Below are positions 1 to 12,970 of a DNA stretch of 64,000 nt, in pieces. Source of the DNA: Marsupella aquatica (Eukaryota > Plantae > Marchantiophyta). Position 1 is the stretch's first letter, and every line of letters begins with the position of its first letter. The stretch covers positions 21,752,513 through 21,816,512 of the forward strand of contig OZ316891.1 in NCBI GenBank assembly GCA_973895155.1, written 5' to 3'. The position numbers and the translations under genes are program-made. Under the pieces are notes generated by a model. It searched no databases. It saw only the letters and a program-made list of their open reading frames with translations, and was not told the DNA's origin.

Positions 1-446
1 TGAAGTCTTGACAGGTCCGGGATTAGAAGAGAACTAAGCACACCAGGATATACAAGAGTGACTGAATGAAAGTTGAAAGGATGTCGATCCTTCTCCAAAA
101 TTGCTGCTAGACATTTGATTCAATTTATCCCGGGGATCCATCACCGTATCCCCAATGCTTAAAGCTCCGTGTTGAACGGAACCACTAGGTCAAAGGTTGA
201 GTACGTTTTGGATGGACGTGGCAATCCAGAAAACGGCTATGGAATAGGCCCCTCATCGTTTAAGGCTAATGCCTTTAGGTTAACAGTACTCCTTTTGCTC
301 CATGGGGAGCGCCATGAACTGGATGGCCACCTGGTAACCGTACAATTTGCCTGAACATATATGTGAGATTCATTTCATGCACACTCAGGCACGATCTCTA
401 AACTCTATCCAGGCCGGCCCATATCCAGGCTGGCCCACTTCTCTCG

Positions 447-1680
447 CCAATGAAGAGGACACATGGATAAAGTAGGGAAGCCCCTTGAGCTTGCCAGGTG
501 GTAACTTACAATTTGCCATCTTTCCAGCCTGAAAACATTCGATCCATTGTTTCAGAAAGGTATGAGCTCTAATTGCAAATCTATCGATCTAAGCAGGAAT
601 GCACATTTGTCCTAGCCTGCCAATGACAAGAGGACACATGGACAAGGTACGGAAGACTCTTGAGCTTGCCACATGGTAACTTACAATCTGCCATCTTTCC
701 AGCCTGAACATTCAATCGATTGATCCACAAAGGTACGAACTCCAATTAAGTACAATTAGCTCTATCTAAGCAAGAATGCCCATTTCTCCTGCCAATGAAA
801 AGTGAGTACATGAACAAGGTGCGGAAGACCCTTGAGCTTGCCACGTGGTATCTTACGATTTGCTATCTTTCCAGCCTAAATTAACATCCCGCTGAACATT
901 CGACCCATTGTTCAGAAAGGTACGAGCTCTAAGTATAACTCTATCTATGCAGGAATGCCCATATGTTTCTCCTGCCAATGACAAGAGGTGAAATGGACAA
1001 GGCACGAAAATACCCTGAGCTTGCCAGGTGGTAACTTACAATTTGCTATCTTTCTAGCCTGAATATTAGATCCATTGTTCCAGAAAGGTAGAGCTCTAAG
1101 TACAACTCTATCTATGCTGGATTGTTTGTTTCTCGATCCTGCCATTGACAAAAGGACACATGGACAAGACACGGAAGACCTGTGAGCTTCTCAGATGGTA
1201 ACTCACAATTTTCTACCTTAATTTCCTGCAGCCTAGACATGCAATCCATTGTTCCAGTCAGGTTTTAGCTCTAAGTACGACTCTATGTATGCAGGATCGA
1301 ATGCCCATTTCCTGCCATTGACAAATGGACACAAGGACAAGACACACGGAAGACCTCTGAGCTTGTCAGGTGGTAAATTACAATTTGCTACCTTAATTTC
1401 CTGCAGCCTGAACACCCGATCCATTGTTCCAGTCAGTTCGAGCTACTAAGTATAACTCTATGTATTCAAGAATGCCCATTTCTGCTGCCAATGACAAGAG
1501 TACACATTGGACAAGGAACAGAAGACCCTTGAGCTTGCCACGTAGTAACTTACAATTTGCTACCTTTCAGTCTGAACATTAGATCCATGGTTACAGTCAG
1601 GTATTACGGGCTCTAAACTCTACCTATGCACATTTCTGTGTCCATGCAATTACAAGAGGACACATTGACAAGGCTAGGGA
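447..1680. repeat. Tandem array of ~7 diverged ~170-180 bp units
   Basis: The block CCAATGACAAGAGGACACATGGACAAGG...CCCTTGAGCTTGCCAGGTGGTAACTTACAATTTGC recurs at about 447, 620, 792, 974, 1142, 1314, 1488 and partially at 1647. Confidence 0.9.
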
Positions 1681-3042
1681 TGGAAGGTATATTAAGCACC
1701 ATGTATGCACCCTGTATTCCCCTTTCTATTACCAATGACAGGAGATCAAACAAGTGGACAAGGTTAGGAGCCTCAATCATCAAAGTTAATCATGTAGCCG
1801 TCAATTTGATCCCCACTGAGGTTTCTGTTGTTGCTGTATTTGTGTTCTTAGTTGTCCTTAGTTGGTTTTGGCCTGAAGACGTCAGGTGTCGGGTACTTAG
1901 GGGCAAAATGGCTAGCTAGCTCCACACCCATGCTGGGTAGGAGAATCTTGGCAACAGAAATGGGAATACATTTTCCCAGGATCAGAATTAACAATATATG
2001 ATTGGGAAAGCGCACAGTTTGTAAAATAAACTTTTAAAGAAGTTGGGAATGTGCCAAGTGTGTGGTAGGGTCCAATCTCGTGATCACCACATCCTACTCT
2101 CAGCATACACTACTGCACATGCATATGAATATAATGAAGAAATTGTTTTCTTGAAAGCAAAGGAGATTCTAAACCAACCATATGGGTACTTCCATGATCC
2201 CCGCCATGATCAAGTTACCTGGGAAGACTTGATTTTCACAAATCTCTGCAGTTCTTGTTGGTGTAGTTTTATTGGTTACAATGCAAAACTTTTCAAATTT
2301 TGAGTAAGAATATAAGGCTATTTAAAATCCAAATTTGAGACTTATAAGAGATTTGTTTGAAGAGCCAGCCCTTGGTTATGTAAGTTTGCTGTTATTCAAC
2401 AACTTGAAGTGATGTAGAGTTTCATATTGAAATAGGTCTAAATATTCAGATGAGAGGACTAAAAGAGAAGATTGTTCATGGTAAAAGTCCATGCAAATGT
2501 CCCCTTGGTACTAGCTAATGATGCATGACACACATGCCTGCACTACATTTACATAATTTAATTCCACACAAGAGAAATAAGAAGTTTAGTCTTTGTAACT
2601 CCGTTTGTAAGATAATATTGAACTAAGTCCTTAATCAATCTTTCTAATAATTAAGTGAATTATTATTCATCACATATATATGAACATTTGAACAATATTA
2701 AGTGTAGTGTAGATTTGGCTTTCAAAAAGTGTTGGGCAAGCAGCAAAGGTTGATCACGGCCAAATTTTAGGCGTACCACCATCATGTTTATCCTTTATAA
2801 ATGAACTAGGACTAGACTCCTTCTAGCTAGTAACATTTGGTCCTTTTTCCCTTGTCAAGTTTATAAATTTTAATTGACCATTTAGCTGTAGAGTACTGTA
2901 CGTACATTTTAGTGTCAAAACATGTATATTTAGAGACCAAAAAGTGAACAATTAGAGGCCTAAAAGTGAACAAAAGAAAATATGCTTTTAATGAATAGAC
3001 TAATCTTAGCCTTCTCTTTTGGCTGGTAATTTTTGTACTTTA

Positions 3043-3389
3043 GGTCAATTGCAAGATTGAGGGGGGCAAAAGGACGCAAAAAGGATTAGCTCATAAAGGA
3101 GAGAAAAAGGACTCAAAGATCATAAAGATTTAGTTGAACACCACTTCCATAAAGGTTGGACACACTTCCAAAATTGTTGTGCACACTTCCAAGAAGATTG
3201 GGACTTCATAAAATCCTGGACACACTTCCAAAGACTTGGCATGCAAGATCTCACCATCCAATCTCAACAAACTAATCCTAGCCATTTGGTGTAACACCTT
3301 GTCCACCCCTTGTAAATTGGGAAGGACTGGAATCCTTTTGGTGGAGAAATTGGACATCCTTTTTGCCCCCCTCAAGCTTGCAATTGACC
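3043..3389. mobile_element. MITE-like element, ~32-bp TIRs
   Basis: GGTCAATTGCAAGATTGAGGGGGGCAAAAGGA at the left end; its near-perfect reverse complement ends at 3389; TTTA flanks both sides (3039-3042, 3390-3393). Confidence 0.8.
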
Positions 3390-3999
3390 TTTAGTGGTTA
3401 AGGAGAATTGCAAATTTTAGATGAGTGTAGTCAAAGGATGCAAAAAGTATTATCTCAAAAAGGAAAGGGAAATGCATGACCCAGACAAGGAGAGGAAGCA
3501 AGACCTAGTGAACATGGTGTTAATTCCTTAACATTCAACATGCTCTTGATCTTACAATACAAAGCACTCCACAAGCCATATTAAGATAGTCAGAGAAAGT
3601 AACATTCAGGCTCCTCAGCAGTCAAAAGAAAGCTTGTTGGGTACCAAAGGAGGCACTAACAACTAAGGACAATGCCTTCAAGTCCAAGGATGGCAAGGAC
3701 TCATGATGTACAAAGTCCCAAAAGGTTGAGTTTACTTTGGACAAAAGGTCAAGGACGATTCCAAAAATGTTGCACACAGTTCCCAAAAGAGTAACTACAG
3801 ACTTCCAAAGATTTAGTATACAAGCTCTAACCTTTCAACCTCATCAAAGCAGACTTGGTCATTCCATGCCATATTTTTGTGATTGTGGAATAATATTATA
3901 TTAATTATTAAAAAGGAGCCAGTTCTTTCTGTGGGGAAAAATGGAGAAACTTCAGTACCCCTCAAGCTTGTTTTTGACAGCAACCTAGTTTCCCCTTTA

Positions 4000-4700
4000 A
4001 TGGAATATATGGCTCCCACTCATCACCTCCAATGTACTAAGCACCTAGTAACCTTCATGGGAGCGAGAAAAAGTCTACAATTTACCACTCTTGTTCAGGG
4101 AAACCTTTGCACTCTTGACCATGACAAACCCCTCACAAACTCCACAAAACTGATTTGTGTAGCATGATTGGGGTCGCCCAGAAATCTAGAATTATTCAGT
4201 GCCAATCCTCCCAGTCAGAAAGAATTTTGAAAAGAAACTCAGTCTATGTTGAAAGAAGCCCCGGAAGAAGCTCAATCAGCCTATGTTCTCACAGCAGATG
4301 GTTGGGGCACACCATCTCCAGAAGAAAAACTGGGCTAAATAAAGGCATGATTGTAGCCTTTGAAGGTAAGAACACATAGAAGATGTATGTTGGGTTCTAA
4401 TAAGCCACTGCATGTGCAAGCTTAAATGCTTTCCGTGCACCATTCTCACTAATAAATTAACTCCAAAAATCCAAATCTAAGCTGAGATTTTAGGCTCCTC
4501 TAGATCTGGCAATCTACAATCTGCCCACTGTTTTATGAAGAGACCCGCAAGGTAAACTTCAATCAGAAACTTTGTGGTGGATGCAAGACACATAAATGGT
4601 TCCTGGGATAAGCTTTTCCTGCTGTGCCCTACTTACATTTACATTTCAACCTTGCCATTCTTACTACAACATAGTTTTTTAGTAACCATCATTTGACCAT
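4000..4700 (-). pseudogene. Possible degenerate LINE ORF1 remnant
   Basis: Frameshifted minus-strand reading RFLGDPN..NQFCGVCEGF.HGQEC resembles the L1 ORF1 zinc knuckle; boundaries approximate. Confidence 0.3.
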
Positions 4701-4875
4701 GGGCTCCTGCCCCCAACTATCTCACCATGATGCCTTTGATGGAGCAAACGGAAGTGCTATTGGATTCAGCTTAATGTTGGAGGATGATGCCTACAATCTA
4801 CAGTCACAAGGAGAATTCATGGGCTCAAACTGATTCTCCTTCAAGGGTAGATATATAGTTTCCTATCAAATTCCT

Positions 4876-5396
4876 AGATTGCCACATTTTTTGGCATAAT
4901 ACATACTTTGCCACTAAATTTCTATATTTATCACTATGTCACTCTTTTTGTTTGTGGGTTAAGAAAACTAATCGAGGTTAGCTCCTTCACATCCAATGGC
5001 TATCATCACACTCAATTTTATGATAAGATGGCCTGAGCTGGTCTCCCTCAAAGTGACTTTGACCGTCTTGAGGAGGACTAGGGCAAAGGCTCCGCACGGG
5101 GCTCAGCACAGTTACAGGCTGGCATTAGACAGAGGCCATGCATAGGATGTGGGGACATGACCACCCAACCCACGCTTGGTCAGCTGACCCAAGGGTACGT
5201 GGTCAAGGTCATCTTGAGGGAGACCCGGGCCGTTTGATTTGGAAACTGGGTTACAGTCATGATAGCCATTGGACATGAAGGGGCTAACCTAGGTCAATTT
5301 TCTTAACCCTCTAACAAAAGAGTGGAGTTGTGATAAATAGAAAAAAATGGTTGGCAAGGTACATATTATGCCAAAAATTAAAGAGTGGCAACCTGG
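4876..5396. mobile_element. Foldback / long-TIR non-autonomous element
   Basis: Imperfect inverted arms of ~190 bp (TTGCCAC...TTGGCATAAT...TCCAATGGCTATCAT...GGTCTCCCTCAA versus TTGAGGGAGACC...ATGATAGCCATTGGA...ATTATGCCAA...GTGGCAA); no clean TSD. Confidence 0.75.
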
Positions 5397-6508
5397 TAAA
5401 TCCTAGCTGATGGATTCAAGTTTGTGAGGGTCCCAATGATCTTGAGACTTGTACCGTCGGGTTGTGGCAGTTGGCTGCTTTCCTGTGTAAAGTTGTTTTG
5501 GTGGAGCAAGTGGGTACAAAATCTGTGTGCCAAGTACTTTCAATCTGCTGCAGCTCTTGCTCAAAATGGTGACGCTGATCGTGGAGTGCTGCTGCTGCTG
5601 TTGTTGATGTGGCTCAAGGGCTCAAACGGATTCTCAGTAGGCAGAGTGTCCCGTCACAGTTCCTGGCATGGATTCAAGCCAAGGAGACAGTCAACAGCGA
5701 AATTAGCCAGCATTTGAGGGTTTCTATTAAAAAACTCAAATTTTTTAGTAATGATTACAGTAATAAATTTGGAAGAATACTTTAATCTAATGTGGAAAGA
5801 AGAGTAAACCCAAACTTTGTAGATGACCCCACTAATATTAACTGGAAAACCCTATTTTTAATAACCTAAACCTTTCAGGCCTTATCAAAATGTAGACCCT
5901 TGCCTAATAACTATACAACAGTTTCATATCAAGGCTGAAGCAACCACACTTGGAAAAACGGGTTACATTAAGTGACATTCAATGACTCTGTCAGTGTTCA
6001 AATCTAGTGCAATCCCACAAGGACCCAAAACAAGAGGCAAAACTAGGGTTATTTCGATTATCCTATGAGGGTCAGAGTCTAGGGATTGCTAACCATACTT
6101 AGTATGTACATCAATCTCGATTTTTGTTGGCGCATTGACTTGGTTGGCTTGGTCATCCCGCAAGATTATGTACTCTCCCTCATTTCTTAGCTTGAGTGAG
6201 TGGGAGTGGGTATCTTGGTTGGTCTAGCCTGGCCATTCCCTTCCTCCCTTGCATGCTATAGTGGGGTGTCCTGGTTGCTCCAGCGTGGCCAATCCCTTCT
6301 CCGGTGCCTAGCTACCAAGTTGAGGCGCGGCCAGGTGTCTTGGCCCTAAAGTTCTATCTTCACTAGTGCATCAGTCTCCAGCTGACTTTTTCGTCACGTC
6401 ATGGAAGATGAAAATTGATTTTGAGTGCAGAGTTTACTGCTGCTCTGTAAACTTATAGTCCAACGGAGTTACATGAGGGTTAGGTCTAAACTGTCAGGGG
6501 AGTCCGTC

Positions 6509-8211
6509 ATGTCACATGTGGGGGAAATATCGGGTTTGAGCAAGACCTCTGCTTCTACTCGTGATGAAACCAGGGAAGCTATAGAGATGGAGGGCGATCA
6601 CTCAACGGACGCCAGAACAGAGCAAGCCCAGTCCGTAGAAGCTGACAGTAACTACTCTGATGCGCAACTGCTCCACCTTCTCTGCAACAAAATCGCTTCA
6701 GCTAGTGATCCGCATGCAGTACCGGATGCAGTCATCCAAGAGGTTCAAAGAGATGTAGACCTGCATCCCAACGCCATTTTGACAGCTCTTGGTAAGAAAG
6801 TGGTTGAATCGTTTTCTATGTTTCCAAATATGATAATGATTTCAGTATGTCATAGCTGAATGGCTACATTGCAAGTTTTCAATCATCTTCTTAAAATTAA
6901 AGAATAGCTACAAGTGACCATAGGGGATGGAGCATGTGCAGTACGTACGTAAGTGGTCACCTTTAGACTATATTTAGGCTAGGAGTAGCTTAGGTACTCA
7001 CGCTGTGGTGGTCCAGGACTACATCTGTCATAACAGATCTAGTACGGTGATGGCTTCAGCTACATCTTTCAAAAGAGATCTAGCACCCTGATTGTAGCTG
7101 GCTTTGTACATGTTTTAAAACAGATCTAGCTCACTGATTTGTAGTCCATGGCATTATTTCCACCTATTGTGTCTTGAGGGACGTTGAAAGTTTTGTTCTA
7201 TAGACCATAGTTTTGATCGAAATGCAGCACTGGAGTCTAGACGCTGGAAGTTCTCTTTCATCAGTCATGAAGTGCAGTAGTGCATCGTGCATACATCAGC
7301 TACAAACCCCGATATGTGTTATCTGCTACGATCAGAAAATTAATAACAGGATCTGGGGGTATGTATATTTTCTGTTCATTGCTAGCTTCCCAATTTTGTT
7401 TGTGTACGTAGGTATCGACTTCACGAAGGAGCTGGGAGATTGCTACCATTTCTTTGCATGGACACGCTACCCAAGAGACAAAGCAGTATTCACAAGAGAT
7501 AGATCGACCAGATATGGCCGTCACTGCTGGTCACAAGGAGGAGGAATGTTCCCAATCATGGATGGTAGCACAATGATTGCTCAAAATCTTATAGGATGCA
7601 AACGGAAGTTCAGCTTGGTGGAAATGCCTCTAAAGAAGAAAAAATCGAACGTGAGGATTGGTCTAAACTCTTACAGTTTCAAGTTAGAAGAGCTCCTAAC
7701 AGCTGAAGACGAAGAGCAAGAGAAAACAACTTCCTCGAAAAAAAGGACTCCAGAAAGCTTCCTTTGTGTGTACAGGCTCTTCCCTTTCCTTCAATCCAGA
7801 CTGAGAAGGAAAAATCCTCAACCTCCGGTTCAAAGTTCTCCATTGATCCTTGACAGCCAAAGTCAAGCATCCCCAAGAGCATCAAATCTCCCGTCTGCTG
7901 AGGCGCTACTTTTGGATGTTGAGACGCCAAGGACAGGAGAGGCTTCAAAAGAACCTGCAGAAGAGTCATTTGTGCTTTCGCCATTTCTTTCAGAACCACA
8001 TCTAAGAAGCAAGCATGAGTCTTCTGCAGAGATCCAAGGTAACGATTCGAGTCACCTCTCGGATCAGCCAGCAACCCTGCCAGTAGAACTGGGCAGTAGA
8101 TGGAAGGAGAGTGCAATTTACGATCCTGAAGAGTGGAATAACCCACAGTTGATACAGTACGTACCAGGCCTTGAGGAGAGAGTGCCACACGCATTCCTGA
8201 AGAGAGTATGA
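6509..8211 (+). CDS. Divergent NAC (NAM)-domain protein, 2 exons (6509-6791, 7412-8211), ~360 aa
   Basis: A phase-1 GT-AG intron joins ...TALG|IDF... in frame at the usual NAC intron-1 position. Motifs SDAQLLHLLCNKI, YHFF..RYP, RDRSTRYG..W..GG, IGCKRKF and FLCVYRLF map to NAC subdomains A-E, followed by a Ser/Pro-rich tail. Confidence 0.7.
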
Positions 8212-9299
8212 TCTATCGAGAGTCCATGGCATGGGCCCATTCGGAGGGACAATCTTTGGCTGTGAGAAGACCAGGAGGAATATGATATTTTGGTACTGAC
8301 ATCCTACCAATCATTGAACAGCATTTTCATTTTCATTAATTACTGCCAACGATCGATAGATGCTCCTTTTTCTTCAGACTTTAATTTTGGTTTGTAGACA
8401 TCTCATTTCATCAATTTAGCTTCGAGCTGGTTTTTGCATTATGAGCATAGACCTTTGGCCCTGGCCTTACTTACTTTTCAGAATGAGATCATCTCAAAGT
8501 CTCTATTCATTTTCGTGAGCCACTTATACATCTAAGTAAGTGAAAGCCCCGACCCTTCCTATACTTATGTATTTATTTTGTGCTTCCCTCTTTTGGTTAT
8601 ATGACTCTCCAGGAAAGTCATTGCTCATTTGAAGAAATTTTCATGTATTGCGTAAGGTACTTCAACTGAGAGAAGTTACAAAAGGGAGGAGAGGCCGAGA
8701 TCACCTGATCGAGAAACCGGAGAGATAAGCCCTGCAGAATGACTGAACGGGAGAACGGCCAGATTAACGTAAGAACTAATAAGAGAATTCATGCATTATC
8801 TGCCTGATACGACCAAGCAGAACACCTTCACATAAGAAAACCTGACCGTCACCCTAATTTATTACCTCAGTCAGCGAGACATATGTGAAGAACGGTGACA
8901 TACAGCTGAAGTGATGGCTCCTGTGATCAACAGCTACTTCGAGTAGATGTGAGGAGATTCGCACCGAACATTCAGTTCACATAGACGGGCATCTATATGT
9001 CTTGGGAAGAATGTGAGCCACGCATAGAATTCCAGTACGTGCAATTCGAGTTTGAATCGAGGATGACTCCTGGAAATCAATTTCGTCCACTGATCTCATC
9101 CCAATTGTTTTTTGGATGATGTTCAAATTAATTTGATCCGGGGCATGCAGCACTTTTGTGAGAATGTTCGCCTGCAGTTGATCATGAGTCGAAACACTTA
9201 GAACAGCGCGCTTGATAGTTCACCAGCAAGTTTATACTCGCGATCTTCCACGTACGTGTGAAGTGACAATGTATCTCTAGGTGTCTTGTTCTTGCATGA

Positions 9300-11700
9300 A
9301 AGACAGGATTCTTTGTAGTTGGATCGAGAGCGCCGACAGATGTGGTCACATCTTATGTGCAGATCTTGCTGAGTAGGAATATGAGACGTCCGTAGATCAT
9401 CTTATTGTGGCAATCTTGCACTTTATATATCCTTTCAGACCGTGGGAGGGCATGCTGCCATAGCTCTTAATTCAGTCAACCGTTTGAGCTGCCATAGCTC
9501 TTAATTCAGTTAACCGTTTGAGCTACCATAGCTCTTAATTCAGTTAACTGTTTGAGATAGACTCCCTCTTGAGGCCCATCAGACAAAGCCTTGTCCTCAG
9601 CTTCGGTTGTTGATCTGGACACTGTAGATTGGCATTTGCTGCTCCACAGAAAGGGACCTGATGCGAGAGTAAATATGTATCCTCCGTTTGATCTTCTAGC
9701 GTTGGAGCAGGAATTTCCCCGATCAGAGTGAATCCTTGCATTTGCCAATCAAGGTCAGGACACCGGTGAAAGAAAATCCCCAGGTCTGCTGTGCTTCTTA
9801 TGTATATGATTTGCTGCGTTTCAGTGAGCTTGCTGATGATGAGACATGAACCTGCTGCCAAGTCGACCTCAAAGGAAAGATCTGGCTGCCTGTACGTTAG
9901 TCACGCTAGTAGATGATCGAGCTTACCCACTCATTAACTGAGAGTAAGTGGTTGCGTTGATGTCTCAGTTCCGGTTTCAGCAGACAAAGTGAGGCTCTCA
10001 GGGAGGGGAGTCTTTGTTGGTGGACACATGCAGTTCCTACATGTTGTAGTCTCGTAGCATGTGCCTGGAACCCTCAATTTGGTGCATGCTGATTATTCCA
10101 TAATTTGTGACAGTGAAATCTACCCCAAGATGTATTTTTCCCAGCCCTAGATCTATCAACTTCTACTATGTGTTTAGCTTTGATTTGATCAGCGAACAGC
10201 GTGAAGCTTGTGCCTGCAGTGATGAGTAGATCATCAACAAACAGCAAGATTACAACTAGCTAATTTCCAGATATCAGCGTTGCCCACATAAAGATTTGGA
10301 TCCAAAGAACTACGTTCACAGTGGATTTAGCGGAGGAACTGAGTCGCGCGATCTCATCGTACCATGCTCTCGGGCTATCAATATTTGCTTTAACGTACTC
10401 ATATCATGACTCAAAATAACATTTCTATTTGCCTTTGACTGCAAATATGGTAGGTTGGTCGATCCATGAAGATGTTTTCCTTCAGGGTGCCATCTAGAAG
10501 TGCTGTTGTCACTTTCATTAATTTGAGATATTGACCATTCATATATGCAGCAGACATATCGAGCAGTTATCGATCAGTCTCATTGTGGACCGGTACCATT
10601 TGACTACTGCAGGTGCAAGTGTTTCTTCAAATCCAATTCAAGTCTCTGCTTGTTACTTCTGGTGGCAACTCAGGCCTTGTGCCTGATGTTTCCTTCATGG
10701 TCAACTTTTGCCCTATGTATCCATTTGGCCGAGAGACATTTTTCACCAAATGGTAGATCTACTAGTCCATCCATCTTTATTTTCATAACAATGTTCCACT
10801 GCTTGTCCCGAATTTATTTTACTTGCTGGTTCAGCCATAACTATATGCAATAGCAAGATCATGGTTTGTTGATACTAGGTACAAATATATAGTGATCCAG
10901 AAATCTGTGATTATCTGACCTGATGAGAGGATGGTCAAGGTGGACGTAAAGGTCGAGACCTTCGAGATTTTGTGGTTGTCTGAGCTTTTCAGGCACCTGC
11001 TACGAGACTACAACAATTTTGTGGTTTGGTAACCTGCTGTGACGGCTCCTGTGTAGCATCTGTCTGTCCTTGATCTGGTGCATGTATCCAGTTCGTGAAT
11101 ACCGAGCCCTGGGTCAGCACTTGCATCAGGTCCCAAATCAGCATTTGCGTCGAGCGTGGAGTCTTGTCTCTGATCTTCTATAGTGTCTCTCCTTCTTGAT
11201 GGTACGTTGGTGGAACCATCAATAATTGATGAGGGAGTAGAAGGCTGCAATAAACTTTTGTCAAGTAGAAACATGTCGAGAATGCTAACTGACGGAGTAG
11301 AAGCAGTAGAGCAATCACCGGGTGCCCGCAGTGTTGCTTGACTCATCAATGATCACATCTCGACTGATGAGACTGCAATGGTGGATGGGATTGAATTAAC
11401 GGTATGGTTTGCTTTGTTCATATATCATAGCCTAGCTACTAGACCTGATTTTATTGACCTGGCGCCAAGCTTGTGTCGTCGTTAATGTCGAGGAACATGG
11501 ACAAATAACGCAATGCTGCCAATACTCTGACATAATCGAGATTATACACAAGACAGTATGTACCAAGCTTCTGAATGGCTAGACTGCAACAAATTGCTAG
11601 ATATAAAGGGAAACGTACAATCATATATGGCCTTGAGAGCACTGTCTTGCTGCGGGATACAACTTATTGTGAAATAATGTCATCCTACCCTTTAAACTTT
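9300..11700 (-). mobile_element. Degenerate Ty1/copia pol remnant (integrase C-terminus, RT, RNase H)
   Basis: GYIFTLASGPFLWSSKCQSTVSRSTTEAE (RNase H), LFVDDLLIT (RT YVDD box at ~10220-10250), PLGEKCLSAKWIHRAK; many stops and frameshifts. Confidence 0.85.
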
Positions 11701-11799
11701 TTCCTTAGTCTCCTACAAGAAGTAGTTTGTTCCCCTCAGCTACCAAACCTACATTGCTGCTGTGTTAACAATACTCATGTATCAGTTGGACTGTTGTCT

Positions 11800-12120
11800 G
11801 TCGATAAAGACAGCAATTTCCTCAGCAACGTGACAAGCTCCCTGAAATCCTCTCATGGTGTGAGCCCTGCTGCAGACAGTCCCTTCTCCCCTTTCCATCA
11901 TCCTGCAGGGTATGCTACCTTAGGATCTCCAGATACGTTGAGCAAATCTCCTCCCTGCAGCCATATACACAAGTTGCTTTTGTACCCTGTTGCCACGATT
12001 ATTGCCTCAAAATGCAAATTTTCTTCGTTCACTAAAGGGAGCTCCTAGATCAAAGAAACTCTTAACACCAGGCACAACCTTGATATGACCACTTTTGATC
12101 TTGCTTAGAGCATATCCAGC
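11800..12120 (-). pseudogene. YUCCA-type flavin monooxygenase C-terminal fragment
   Basis: ALSKIKSGHIKVVPGVKSF / FEAIIVATGYKSNLCIWL / WKGEKGL / RGFQGA, with frameshifts and stops; ATGY motif present. Confidence 0.85.
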
Positions 12121-12484
12121 GGGACCGCAAACAGCCCCGCAACCTCCATTCATATATTGCAAGTAGCAGGCTCTTTTGCCGGCAAGCCCTACCACCGCCA
12201 CCCGACAACCTCTATCACAAGGAGGACATGCATAGTATGGGTGCAAGGTATTTCCCAACATTCCCCCGGGAATTCATTGTTTGATAACAAAGAAGTAGAT
12301 ATTCCGGTCATCTTGGAGTAATGCACCCAAATTACCTACGTAAGCCCACAGGTACGAGGGTATATCACATTTAGTGTATTTTGACCTCGCCCCTACGTGT
12401 CTCCGGGTAATACACCTATGTACAACCACGCCTCTTTCATGGGGTGATCCTTGGTGTGTTTTGCCACCATTATCACCCATTGAA
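12121..12484 (-). mobile_element. 3' end of an old Ty1/copia element (RNase H tail, PPT, start of 3' LTR); target site of element A
   Basis: Minus strand reads CCGGGGGAA|TGTTGG at 12260 (PPT followed by LTR start). A degenerate VDN...AKHTKDHPMK...VHRCITRRHV reading continues across the GAGT TSD from 38788. Confidence 0.55.
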
Positions 12485-12488
12485 GAGT

Positions 12489-12512
12489 AACCCCTATTTA
12501 GATAAAACTGGA
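12489..12512 (+). repeat. Element A left TIR
   Basis: AACCCCTATTTAGATAAAACTGGA. Confidence 0.9.
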
Positions 12513-12970
12513 CAATTAGTGAAATTTTGGATTGATTGAAATTACAATTAAATCATATTTAAGCAAAATAAATTCATTATTACTAAGTTAACACTTGCAT
12601 GTACCAAAAAACCATATATATTGGTACACACTGTCATAATTAGAATTATTGTAATATGCACAATTTAGAATGAAAGATGCACAATCCATGGTCCAATAAT
12701 GAATAAAGTGGTACAAGGTGTACAATCACATTAATGTGCATAAATTTACTAGTAAGAGTGAAATGCATAATCCATGATCCAGTCATGAATAACCATCCAC
12801 ATATGGAAATCATTCAATGCTAGGTTGCTTTCTTGTGATTGTTGAAGAGAAGAATTTTATTGAAGAATTGCTCTCCCCTTTTTAATATGTCAAATCAACC
12901 AAATAACAAGGTGATGATGATGATTTACAATTACTTATCCTTCTACTAATAAAACTACACTGTCTAAGTA

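Noticed and set aside
8644-9120. Candidate 3' LTR of the 9.3-11.7 kb copia remnant
   Set aside because: No clear PPT, terminal TG..CA pair or partner LTR could be established.
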